A stretch of 64,000 nucleotides of DNA from Hormoscilla sp. GTDB taxonomy: Bacteria > Cyanobacteriota > Cyanobacteriia > Cyanobacteriales > Desertifilaceae. The notes under the pieces were generated by a model. That model was not told the DNA's origin. It made no database searches and was given only the letters and a program-made list of their open reading frames with translations. The stretch is taken from the NCBI GenBank assembly GCA_051439505.1, contig JBFRWI010000228.1:1-64000 (forward strand), written 5' to 3'. Positions 40,901-49,801 of the stretch are shown here, piece by piece (the first letter of the stretch is position 1; the number at the start of each line of letters is the position of its first letter). The translations under genes were made by a program, and so were the position numbers.

Positions 40901-43353
40901 ATTAGCAGGAGGATATGCCCTTGGTCACCTTGAGTAAACAAGCGCACCCGCAGTAAGGGACCTCGTTCTAAAGCAAATGGACAGTGGGACTCTTCAACTA
41001 GACGCTCGTTCAGAAAGGCTTCGCTCCAGTTCGAGGCATTCTCCTCCTGGAAGCAGAACGATCCTTGCTCGTGAACCTGGGCTACAGGTCCCTCCTGAGA
41101 AGCTGTGAACGTTGTCCTGAGGGCAGGATGGCGAGACACTAGGGCCTGGAATGCTTTTTGCAAAGCTGGGATGTCCAGCTCAGAGCAAATGCGTACAGCA
41201 CTTGCAATGTTGTAGGCTGTACTCTCTGGTGTCATCTGGTGCAAGAACCACAGCGATCGCTGACCATAGGATAGGAAGTGCTCCGTGCCAGTGGCTTGAA
41301 CTGGGACTAGCGGGATCTCTGAAGCAGCTATAGGCGCACTCAACAGATTGAGGATTTCAGTTGCTAGCTGACTGATACTGGGCCCCTCGAGAAGGTCTGC
41401 CATCGGCAAAACGACACCCAAACTCGTTTCAATGTCATTTTTCAGCTCGATCACCATCAAGGAATCAAGACCCAAGGTACTCAAGGTCGTCTGCAAGTCC
41501 AACTGGGAGGGGGCGACTTTCAGCACCCGAGCTACCAGTTCCCGGAGATAAGACTGCAGCCGCTGCGGTCGGTTTTCGGAATCTATCGCCAGGAGAACTT
41601 CGTAAGTCAGGCTCTGCTCGATGTCTCCGGAATAGAAGTTTTCCAGAATGTTGCTCCCTACCACATCCAAGCTACCATTCAGAAAGCTAGTCCAGCAGGT
41701 TTGGCGCTGGATTTTGCCGCTGGAGGTTTTTGGTATACTCCCAGTCTTGAGCAGCAAGACTGCATAAACTTGCAGATCCTGTTCCTCCGACACCGCCTTG
41801 CGGATAGCTCCCACCACTGCTTCTACATTGATCTGCCGTAGAGAATTCCGTTTCACCTCTTGCGCAACAACCAGGCGCTCCTCGCCCGCCACTTCTACCC
41901 CGAACGCTGCTCCACAACTAGGGCGCAGGGCTGGATGACTCCGCTCCACGGTCAGTTCAATATCCTGGGGATAATGGTTGCGACCCCAGATGATAATCAG
42001 GTCCTTGAGTCGCCCTGTAATAAACAACTCACCATCCTGCATAAATCCCAGGTCGCCAGTACGCAAAAAAGGACCTTCACCAGTATCTAGATAAGCATTG
42101 AAGGTCTTCGCTGTTGCCTCCGGTTGATTCCAATAGCCCTGAGCTACACTCAGGCTGGATATCCAAATCTCTCCAACCTGGTCAGCCCGACAGCGGGTGT
42201 TAGATTCAGGGTCAACGAGTGCAATTTTTTCAAACAATGACTGACCACAGCCCACAATTACCCGAGCATTGGCTGGATCTGCGGTAGCTACCACGCAGTT
42301 TTGCTCAAGATCGGCGGCCTCGACCTGGAGAAGAACGGGGAGAGCCGTTTTCACCCCTCCGGAAACGAATAAAGTTGCTTCGGCCATCCCGTAACAGGGG
42401 TAAAAGGCTTCTCTTCGGAAACCACAATCGGCAAAATAGTGAGAAAACCGCTCTAGTGTCTCAGCATGAACGGGTTCGGATCCGTTGAAGGCTACTGACC
42501 AGCTGCTCAAGTCAATGTCAGCACGCTGTTGGGGACTAATCTTCTGGACGCACAGATCGTAAGCAAAATTCGGACCGCCGCTGGTGGTCGCCTTGTAGCG
42601 GGAAATAGCTTGCAGCCAGCGCAAAGGCTTTTGGAGAAAGGCTGCTGGTGACATAAGAACGGACGGTATGCCCATATACAGGGGCTGCAATACATTCCCA
42701 ATCAGTCCCATATCGTGGAACAAAGGTAACCAACCAACTACCAGAGTATCTGTTGTGTGACCAAAACCAATCTCGATCAGCCGTTCATTGTGTAGCAAAT
42801 TGCCATGACTGACCATCACCCCTTTCGGCGCTCCGGTAGACCCCGAAGTATACTGGAGAAAAGCCAAGGTGCTGCTGCACAAGGCTGGTTCTTGCCAGTC
42901 CAATCTCTGGTCGCTTTGCAGTTGATCGGTGGCTAGCCAGTGCAAAGAAGCCAATTCGGGATCTTGGGCGAATTGATTCCCCAGCCTAGCCAACTCCGAG
43001 GCTGTGGTGAGTGCCAACGTCGCCTGGGAATCTGCCACAATTGCCTGCACCCTAGACATTTTCTGATTGCGCCGAGGTGGATAAGCAGGAACAGCTACTA
43101 TTCCTGCATACAAACAGCCGAAGAAGGCAGTAATGAACTCCAGACCCGGTGGATAAAGCAGCAACGCTCGGGAGCCAATGGCGCTAAAACTTTGAAGCTG
43201 GGCTGCGATCTCACGTGAGCGTTGGTTTAATTCTTGATAGGTTAAACTAACTTTCTCAGTTTCTCCATTTTGTAGAAAGATATAAATTACTTGATCTGGC
43301 TTATTTTGCGCTTGGTACTGTAAGAGATCTATAAAAGTCAAAATTTTCTGCAT
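37990..43353 (-). CDS. NRPS loading protein: FAAL-ACP-C-A(Ala)-PCP
   Basis: FAAL motifs (LQYTSGSTG, WLPLFHDMGLIG, GRNHYPQDIE); GLDSL; HHIVVDFWS; A-domain code DLFNNALTYK (Ala-type); GGYSLL; likely ATG at 43353. Confidence 0.93.
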   Translation of the reverse strand: MQKILTFIDLLQYQAQNKPDQVIYIFLQNGETEKVSLTYQELNQRSREIAAQLQSFSAIGSRALLLYPPGLEFITAFFGCLYAGIVAVPAYPPRRNQKMSRVQAIVADSQATLALTTASELARLGNQFAQDPELASLHWLATDQLQSDQRLDWQEPALCSSTLAFLQYTSGSTGAPKGVMVSHGNLLHNERLIEIGFGHTTDTLVVGWLPLFHDMGLIGNVLQPLYMGIPSVLMSPAAFLQKPLRWLQAISRYKATTSGGPNFAYDLCVQKISPQQRADIDLSSWSVAFNGSEPVHAETLERFSHYFADCGFRREAFYPCYGMAEATLFVSGGVKTALPVLLQVEAADLEQNCVVATADPANARVIVGCGQSLFEKIALVDPESNTRCRADQVGEIWISSLSVAQGYWNQPEATAKTFNAYLDTGEGPFLRTGDLGFMQDGELFITGRLKDLIIIWGRNHYPQDIELTVERSHPALRPSCGAAFGVEVAGEERLVVAQEVKRNSLRQINVEAVVGAIRKAVSEEQDLQVYAVLLLKTGSIPKTSSGKIQRQTCWTSFLNGSLDVVGSNILENFYSGDIEQSLTYEVLLAIDSENRPQRLQSYLRELVARVLKVAPSQLDLQTTLSTLGLDSLMVIELKNDIETSLGVVLPMADLLEGPSISQLATEILNLLSAPIAASEIPLVPVQATGTEHFLSYGQRSLWFLHQMTPESTAYNIASAVRICSELDIPALQKAFQALVSRHPALRTTFTASQEGPVAQVHEQGSFCFQEENASNWSEAFLNERLVEESHCPFALERGPLLRVRLFTQGDQGHILLLIMHHIVVDFWSLAVLVKELSILYQAEKTGGTPALEPLALQYTDYAYWQSKRLASPEGERLWAYWHKQLAGELPVLNLPTDRPRPPVQTYRGASVPFKLSMELTQKLKALGRDHRATLYMTLLAAFQVLLHRYTGQEDILVGSPTAGRNRAELAGLVGYFVNPVILRADLSGNPSFEVFLDRVRSSVLEAFKHQDYPFALLVEGLQPVRDLSRSPLFQVMFILHKAHLLDEQGLTQLALGESGARLNLGELELESWALEQRVAQFDLTLRTAERDGGIAASFVYNTELFEAATIHRMVGHFQTLLDAIVVNPQQQVSTLPLLTSPERHQLLVEWNNPPVAYPQNRCIHQLFEAQVERIPEAVAVVFENQQWTYRELNARANQLAHHLQILGVGPEVLVGICMERSLEMVVGLLGILKAGGAYVPLDPAYPKERLAFMLSDSQVPVLLTQQKLVSELPEHWAKVVCLDADWEAIAWKPEGNPVSDVEPTNLAYTLYTSGSTGKPKGVAIQHQSTVALCHWARGVFTTEQLAGVLASTSICFDLSVFELFVPLSWGGKTILAENTLHLITLSAAQYVTLINTVPSAIAELLRINGIPTSACTVNLAGEPLQNRLVQQLYQKDTIGQVFNLYGPSEDTTYSTFALVEKGYRRHPTIGRPITNTQIYILDDYLQPVPIGVIGELHIGGAGLARGYLNRPELTQEKFISNPFIDKPGARLYKTGDLARYLPDGNIEFLGRIDHQVKIRGFRIELGEVEALLGQHPEVRDAIVIVREDRADDKRIVAYVVPSNPSRGLPPSELRPFLKKKLPDYMVPTAFVSLEVMPLTPNGKIDRRALPVPDRASQSELEGIFVAPRTPVEEEIARIWAEVLGIERVGIHDNFFKLGGYSLLVTQVLSRVREAFQVELPLREIFEAPTVAAQALVIEKSQAIQKGGNMTKIQAVSRGTKNFDQLLAKLEQLSDNEAKNILRGEKSE

Positions 43354-43451
43354 GAGTTCCAGAGAATAATCTAAACAGCTCAAAATATGGCTACCAACTT
43401 AAGCCGGGACAGCCCATGATGCAAGGCTGGAAGCCCACAGGTATTTCAGTC

Positions 43452-43573
43452 GGGTGCATCTCACTTTGGCACGGGGGAAGCATTCGGGGCTAAAATTTGT
43501 CGTTTTCTGTCATCATTTTTTCAGCCCGAATGCTTCCCCCCTACAGATGGATCGGCAAAACTGAGATGCACCC
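43452..43573. mobile_element. MITE family A copy; right boundary of the NRPS block, truncating the kinase 5' half
   Basis: Perfect 12-bp TIR GGGTGCATCTCA / TGAGATGCACCC; near-identical to 2909-3029; no TSD. Confidence 0.85.
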
Positions 43574-43847
43574 AGCGCCTACCCTGTTCTAGTAATTCCT
43601 GAAGGGATGGGCCTGGGATGTAGTCTTGCACCAGTGCAAACCAGGGGACGCCTTCACCCGTTTGTCGATCTATGGAAAAGTAATCCCGATAATGGGGAAT
43701 TTGGGGATTAAAGGCCAGTAGCTTGACTATTACCTGTTCTTGCGATATTATATCTGTTGCGAGCCAAGTTTGACGACTGGCGGCGGTGCGTCCTAATTTC
43801 TGTTGGAGTTGGTATCTCTCAAGTAAGATATGTTGTGCTTGCAGCAT
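43574..43847 (-). pseudogene. 5' half of a Ser/Thr protein kinase, also with an internal deletion
   Basis: ERYQLQQKLGR..RQTWLA..VIVKLLAF..IPHYRDYF..LVQDYIPG.SLQELL; lacks the usual ..LFEREA..L.HP segment; stops at the MITE. Confidence 0.8.
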
Positions 43848-44120
43848 CCGGTTACCTGCCGATGGAATCCGCTCCTATTATAGCACCCAGCCATCGGGAA
43901 GCACAAGAAAAACTGCATGTGTGGCAGTAATGGTGCTGGGGAGGCACCACACATATTTTGTTTCATGTGAGGGGATGGAGTGTCTGTAATCACATTAGGC
44001 ACGGGCCAAGTCCTCAAGTAATTCCGCTTCAGTTAGGCGAAAGGTATCGACAGCGTAGTCCGCCTTTTGATGGCAAACAGGCTTTGTGTTTACTACGAAC
44101 CTTAGCGATCGCCTCCGAAA

Positions 44121-44609
44121 CTAATCACAAGCAACTCGTGCCAAGAAATCAGCAAACACCAGCAATTCACTTTGAGTTTGCGTAAAAGATTGTCGCAGTC
44201 GTCCGATCAGCGGTTCAATTCGTTGGAGTTCAAACTCGAAAGCATAAACATTGCGCACCACATGGCGAAAACGCCGATACTCGTCTAAGAAGCTAATCGT
44301 TTCTGTTGAGAGTACCTGTGGACGTAAATCAGACCAAGCTATACCCATCTGATTCAATAAATCTCGATGCCATTCACGACCTGCGGGCATACTCCCATCC
44401 ACAACAGTAGCAATTTGCGAGAATATTCTCTCTAGACCTGTGTAGAAATCATGCAAACTTAATGCCACCGAATCTATGAATAGGTCTTTATTTTCAGAAC
44501 TTGACTTTGTTGCAGCAGTCATGGCGCGTTCCGCACGGTTAACAATTATTTCTAAATCTGCTAACTCTTGACGAATGCGCCCTGTTAATACTTGATATGG
44601 TTTTGTCAC
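44121..44609 (-). CDS. HEPN/HepT-like (DUF86-related) RNase toxin
   Basis: SLHDFYTGLERIF, WHRDLL, YRRFRHVVRNVY; overlaps the MNT gene by 4 bp. Confidence 0.8.
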   Translation of the reverse strand: MTKPYQVLTGRIRQELADLEIIVNRAERAMTAATKSSSENKDLFIDSVALSLHDFYTGLERIFSQIATVVDGSMPAGREWHRDLLNQMGIAWSDLRPQVLSTETISFLDEYRRFRHVVRNVYAFEFELQRIEPLIGRLRQSFTQTQSELLVFADFLARVACD

Positions 44610-44980
44610 AGCAATATGCCCTCTTGTTCTATAGAAGCCAGCAATTTAGGCTTACAAATTTCCACATCCACCAGGTTGACTTCAATAGTATCATCCAAAT
44701 CCCTCACCGCCCCCATTGCCCGGAAGGTGTCCCGAGGAGAAATTCCCCAGGCCGCAATATCTACATCGGACCAGAGGGTAAAACAATCGGACCGTACCAG
44801 GGAACCAAATACTACTACTTTTGTCGCTAAAAATTGCTCTTTCAACAACCTAGCTGCTAATCGAGCTAATTCCCAGGCCCGCTTTCTTCTTTGGGCCCGT
44901 TTTTCCTCAGTTTCTGCCCAACGCCGCTTCGCCGCATTTCGGTACACCTCTATTGCTGCTGATGATGTTAACTCGTTCAT
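44606..44980 (-). CDS. Minimal nucleotidyltransferase (MntA-like) antitoxin
   Basis: VVVFGSLVR...SDVDIA. Confidence 0.85.
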   Translation of the reverse strand: MNELTSSAAIEVYRNAAKRRWAETEEKRAQRRKRAWELARLAARLLKEQFLATKVVVFGSLVRSDCFTLWSDVDIAAWGISPRDTFRAMGAVRDLDDTIEVNLVDVEICKPKLLASIEQEGILL

Positions 44981-45181
44981 AACATTTTTGACAATTATCC
45001 TCCTCCCTATTTTACCCGATCGCCCCTAAATTGCGTTCCCGTTTTATCTATTATACCTCAATCTTGGACAAAAAGTCAGCTAAGTACATAGGCTTGCATC
45101 CGGATTAATATTTTTTCAGATGCGCACCCTCCCAGGGAGCCCCGATTTTTTGGTATTACATTAAGAGAGAGAAGCACTATA

Positions 45182-46390
45182 TCAACCTCTAGGGGAATTG
45201 TCCAAGAGGGCAATAGCATTTTCCAAGGGCATGGGTTTAGCAAAAAAGTAGCCCTGTCCGAAAGTGCAGCCGATCTCGCGCAAAGCATCGACATGGGACG
45301 ACTTCTCGACCCCTTCAGCGACAACTGTCATGCCCAGGGCCTGGGACAGATCCACGATCGCCTGACAGATGCTGCGACTGTTAGCTTTATCATCGAGTCC
45401 CCAGACAAAGGACTTGTCGATCTTGATGGTATCGAAGCGGTATTCATTCAGATATTGGAGACTAGAATAGCCAGTACCGAAGTCATCCAGCACCAGAGGA
45501 AACCCCAGGGAACGGCAACGGCGCACCCAGGCGATCGCCGCATCACTATCGAACAGACTCCTCTCCAGGATTTCCAACTTAATCTGAGCAGGTTGTACTT
45601 GACTTGTTTCTTCCAGGAGGAATTCAAAGAAATCAGGGTCTTCAATCTGGCGACTGGCAATATTCAGACTGACGAACATCTGCTTGCCACTCACCGACTC
45701 GATTTCTCGCAAGGCCCGGACTCCTTCTGCAATCACCCATTGCCCGATCGGGACGATGAGGGAAGTTGATTCTGCTAGGGGGATAAACAGATCCGGGCGC
45801 ACCAAACCTCGCGTCGGACTTTGCCATCGGATCAGCGCTTCAAAACCCGCGATTTGTCCCGTTTCCAGATGTATGACAGGCTGGTAGAAGAGCATAAACT
45901 GATCCTCCTCGATCGCCGTGCGCAACTCGCTCTCCATGCGGATCATTTCCACCGCTTCTTTGATCCGACCTTCCAAATCACTGCGAGGATCTGAGTAAAA
46001 CTGTGGTTGCTCTCCAGAACGAGGTCGCAACTTCTGCGTCTCCGAACGAAAGTAACGGATCACTACTAACAGCAACATCCGCAGGATCGGATCGGCGGAC
46101 TGAATGCGTTGGTTAACCTGTTCCTGGGTCATCAGAGTCAAAAGCCCATCGCTTTTTGCCGTAGCTGATGCCGATCGGGTGCGCCCGTCCACCAGGGCCA
46201 GTTCTCCGAACATGCTCCCCGCTGAGAGCACGTTCAGTACCAACCGCTTGCCATCAATCACCGTCCAGATCTCGATCGCGCCTTCTTCAATAATGTAAGC
46301 GTAATCTCCAGGGTCGCCCTCAGAAAAAATGAGTTCTCCCGCTTGCAGTTTGCGCTTCCGAAGTCCTTCGTATAGTAGTTTGTATTTCAT
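45182..46390 (-). CDS. cNMP-binding + EAL domain phosphodiesterase
   Basis: FSEGDPGD, FGELAL..RSASA; FEALIRW, DDFGTGYSSL. Confidence 0.9.
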   Translation of the reverse strand: MKYKLLYEGLRKRKLQAGELIFSEGDPGDYAYIIEEGAIEIWTVIDGKRLVLNVLSAGSMFGELALVDGRTRSASATAKSDGLLTLMTQEQVNQRIQSADPILRMLLLVVIRYFRSETQKLRPRSGEQPQFYSDPRSDLEGRIKEAVEMIRMESELRTAIEEDQFMLFYQPVIHLETGQIAGFEALIRWQSPTRGLVRPDLFIPLAESTSLIVPIGQWVIAEGVRALREIESVSGKQMFVSLNIASRQIEDPDFFEFLLEETSQVQPAQIKLEILERSLFDSDAAIAWVRRCRSLGFPLVLDDFGTGYSSLQYLNEYRFDTIKIDKSFVWGLDDKANSRSICQAIVDLSQALGMTVVAEGVEKSSHVDALREIGCTFGQGYFFAKPMPLENAIALLDNSPRG

Positions 46391-46427
46391 TTGTCAAACA
46401 ATTTCGACCAGGTCCGGCGACTAATGA

Positions 46428-47819
46428 CTAATGGCTAATTTTATCGCCCGCAGCCTGCAACAGCTCGACAACTTCAGCATAACCGTTAAACTCGGCAATC
46501 ATGGCAGCCGTGTAACCCCCGCGATTTTTCTGGTTTATATCCGCACCACTGGAGAGTATCATGCTGACAATATTTGTATAGCCTCGATGGGCTCCCCACA
46601 TTAAAGCCGTTGCCCCAGCTCCATCGATCTTATTCACATCCGCACCAGCAGCTAACAATTGCCGCACTACTTCAATCGCACCCCGATCGGCTGCCCTCAT
46701 CAGAGCAGTTTTACCCTTCTCATCGATCGTATTTGTATCTGCACCAGCATCCAGTAATATTTGGAGAGTCTCTGCATGTCCCCGATCGGCTGCGATCGTC
46801 AGAGCCGTCTGTCCCATATTTTTGCTTCTAACATCAGCTTGCCTTTGCAGCAGTGCCGCCGCAATTAAGGCGCGATCGTGCAAAGCTGCTAAGATTAAAG
46901 GCGTATCGCCCAACTGGTTTCGAGTATTCACCCGGGCTCCCCGCGAGAGTAAAATCTCCACTACTTGCAGATGACCTTCCGTCACCGCCAGGTTTAATGC
47001 CGTCTCGCCATCTCGATCTCGAGCATTCACATCCGCACCAGCATCCAGCAAAGCCCTCACGATCTCGGAGTAACCTCCAGCAGCAGCAGCCATCAGGGCC
47101 GTACCGCCCTCTAAATTTTTCCCCTGCACGTCAGCACCAGCGTCTAGCAATGCTCGTACCGTACTGCTATGGCCCCAGTCAGCTGCTAAACTTAAGGCTG
47201 TCTCCCCATCACGATCCGATGCCTTCGGATCGGCACCAGCAGCCAACAATAATTGCACGATCGATAAATTCCCCCCTGCAGCTGCCTGCATCAGGAGCGT
47301 GGCACCATCACTTGTGGTAGCATTGGCATTTGCGTTTGCTCCAGCCTCTAACAATAGCTGTACCGCCTGGAGATGACCTTTACCTACTGCCAGGTTAACG
47401 GCTGTATCCTCATGGGCATCGACCAGCTTGACATCTGCCCCAGCATCTAGCAATAATCTGACTATCGGGGTATGTCCCTTCAGGGATGCCACCATCAATG
47501 CCGTGCTGCCATCATCATTTTTGGCGTTCGCCTCCGCCCCGGCGGCCAGCAACGTGCGGACGACATCCAGACACCCGTTCCCCGATGCCAGCATCAATGC
47601 CGTGACACCAAACAACTGGCGACGAGTATTGACATTAGCAGCATAGTCTAGCAATAGCCTGACAATTTCCGTGTAGCCCAGGGCAGCAGCAAACATCAAA
47701 GCTGTCGTGCCGTCAGTATCGGTGGCATTAGCATTAGCACCCCCCACTAGCAGGGTTTGTACCTGGAGGCGATCGCCTGTTTGCGCCCCCCGGAGTAGCA
47801 AGACATCATTTGAGTTCAT
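46428..47819 (-). CDS. Ankyrin repeat protein
   Basis: About 13 G.TALM.AA..G...IV..LL..GADVN repeats. Confidence 0.93.
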   Translation of the reverse strand: MNSNDVLLLRGAQTGDRLQVQTLLVGGANANATDTDGTTALMFAAALGYTEIVRLLLDYAANVNTRRQLFGVTALMLASGNGCLDVVRTLLAAGAEANAKNDDGSTALMVASLKGHTPIVRLLLDAGADVKLVDAHEDTAVNLAVGKGHLQAVQLLLEAGANANANATTSDGATLLMQAAAGGNLSIVQLLLAAGADPKASDRDGETALSLAADWGHSSTVRALLDAGADVQGKNLEGGTALMAAAAGGYSEIVRALLDAGADVNARDRDGETALNLAVTEGHLQVVEILLSRGARVNTRNQLGDTPLILAALHDRALIAAALLQRQADVRSKNMGQTALTIAADRGHAETLQILLDAGADTNTIDEKGKTALMRAADRGAIEVVRQLLAAGADVNKIDGAGATALMWGAHRGYTNIVSMILSSGADINQKNRGGYTAAMIAEFNGYAEVVELLQAAGDKISH

Positions 47820-47972
47820 GTCTATACATCATCCCAGCATCACTTTCCTGTGATAATTATACCACCCATGTCAAGTGATCCTGCCCAGAAATTCGCTCGC
47901 GAGAGCCACCCCCAATATGATATGTTAACTTTTATAACGATCTATCCAGCCCGATAAGGAGAACACCACCGA

Positions 47973-48446
47973 ATGGAAATCCCAGAGTCTGTCAAATTTT
48001 GGAGCCAATTCTTTCACCCCGTATTTATGTGGGTATTGCTAGCGGCCTCCCTTTATGCTATGTCTCTCGGCCTCAAGGTCCGCAAGACCAGGACTGCCGA
48101 AGGCGAAGCCAAGAAAGATTTGATTAAAGGCAAATTTAACGTCAAGCATTACCAAGTGGGGTCAATCCTGCTAGCCTTGATGCTTGTCGGTTGTATTGGT
48201 GGCATGGCCGTCACCTATATTAACAACGGCAAACTCTTCTTTGGACCTCACCTGCTGGTAGGATTAGCCATGACGGCACTGATTGCCATGTCTGCCTCTT
48301 TAGCCCCCTTCATGCAGAAAGGACAAGATTGGGCACGCTATTCTCATATTGCCCTCAACGTTACTCTAGTGGGTCTGTTTGGTTGGCAGGCCGTCACGGG
48401 TATGCAGATCGTGCAAAAAATCCTTGACAGCATGGGATCTTCGTGA
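47973..48446 (+). CDS. DUF4079 family membrane protein
   Basis: HPVFMW, KHYQVGSILL, NNGKLFFGPHLLVG, WQAVTG. Confidence 0.8.
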   Translation: MEIPESVKFWSQFFHPVFMWVLLAASLYAMSLGLKVRKTRTAEGEAKKDLIKGKFNVKHYQVGSILLALMLVGCIGGMAVTYINNGKLFFGPHLLVGLAMTALIAMSASLAPFMQKGQDWARYSHIALNVTLVGLFGWQAVTGMQIVQKILDSMGSS

Positions 48447-48600
48447 AATACTCAAATCCTTGCTTGGCCTGGCCAAAATCGGCACGAGGGTTTCACATTA
48501 GCTATCAATGAGCGTCCCTGGTTGAGAAGAGCTACTTGATGTAAGTATTCTGTTAACCACTAGAGACGTTATCTGCAATACCTTTTTGGAGATAACGTCT

Positions 48601-49281
48601 CTACTTTGCTTGGGGCCGATCCACATGATGGCGAGCATAGAAATTCTGCTCGACTTTGTGGTTCAAGCGGTTTGAAACCTGGCGGACGATTTGGGCCAAC
48701 AGCCGATCGCCCGTTTTCTGAATTAGAGTCTGGGGTAAAACCCGAATAAACTTGGGAAAGGATAGGTAAACCGTCAAGTCCAGTTCCGACTGTACTCTTG
48801 TCTTGACAGAGTTGAGCCCGTCACCTGGCAGTTCCACTAGCATCATCTGAGCCTGAAAGTCAACATCATATCCGGGCGGCACGTAGTCTGGAACTGGTAT
48901 CGCTTCAATCCGATAAACTCCCTGCTTGTCAGCTGGCTTTAACTCTAAACCTATTTTCGGCTCCACTTCATAGCCAAAGGCACCAAAACGCCCGATCGTT
49001 AAAGCATAGCCATTGGGTCCGAGAGGTTCTGACTGCATGGGCAACGCGCACTGGCCAAACCACTCTTGGTGAACGTCGAAATATGCAGCCACCACCGCTC
49101 GTGAGGCATTTATTTCCATGACATTTTCAAAGTGAGTGTAAAATGTTGTCGGTTCTTGAGCGACTGGTTTGACTGGCCAGGTCTCCTCTAGCTGTGTGAA
49201 GCCTGATGTTGCACCCAATATTACTTCTTCGGGCGTCCCAACCGTAGATTCAACGAGTTTATGTTCTTTCTGATATACCAT
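48601..49281 (-). CDS. DUF1997 family protein
   Basis: HQEWF..CA.PM..EPLG.NGY.L.IGRFG.FGYEVEPKIGLEL. Confidence 0.8.
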   Translation of the reverse strand: MVYQKEHKLVESTVGTPEEVILGATSGFTQLEETWPVKPVAQEPTTFYTHFENVMEINASRAVVAAYFDVHQEWFGQCALPMQSEPLGPNGYALTIGRFGAFGYEVEPKIGLELKPADKQGVYRIEAIPVPDYVPPGYDVDFQAQMMLVELPGDGLNSVKTRVQSELDLTVYLSFPKFIRVLPQTLIQKTGDRLLAQIVRQVSNRLNHKVEQNFYARHHVDRPQAK

Positions 49282-49454
49282 CTCACCTACTTCCCGCTGC
49301 TTGCCTAGGTTTAATATTCTCTAGAATAATTCACGGCTTCAACTGTGACTCAAATTCTTAACAATTAATAATAAAACTCTCACCAAGACTGGGAGGTATT
49401 ACCTACTGAGCAACAGTTTCACCTTTGAGAATAGCCCGTGAGTGAGATGGACGA

Positions 49455-49555
49455 TATGTGGCATTTTCCCTATCGACATTACGTCGATAGGGAAAATGCC
49501 ACATACGGTAGGTGTTTCCCCAAAAGGCGCAATGCCTTTTGGGGAAACACCTACC
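49455..49555. repeat. Two back-to-back perfect inverted repeats (23-bp and 22-bp stems, 5-nt loops)
   Basis: 49455-49505 and 49507-49555, read directly. Confidence 0.9.
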
Positions 49556-49801
49556 TTCGCAGATAATTCATGCATTCTGGCACGCTCTATATTAATGCAG
49601 CGGACTAAATCGATCGTTATGGAATAGAGTCGATCTGGGTACATATACTAGATAGCAATATATGTAGCAATGGCTACAGGAGAGCCTTGCCAGAGTCCAG
49701 CTAGAACCCCAAAATGGCGGTACAGCTGGCAAGGATGACATCAATCGGCAATGGCAAAAAATAGCTATATTAGCTATTGGAGACTACCGAATAATGAGCA
49801 G

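Noticed and set aside
30545..43353. Many short antisense or alternate-frame ORFs inside the NRPS and other long genes
   Set aside because: Shadow ORFs without recognisable motifs
49399..49644. ORFs on both strands across the twin palindromes
   Set aside because: Mirror-image peptides produced by the palindromes
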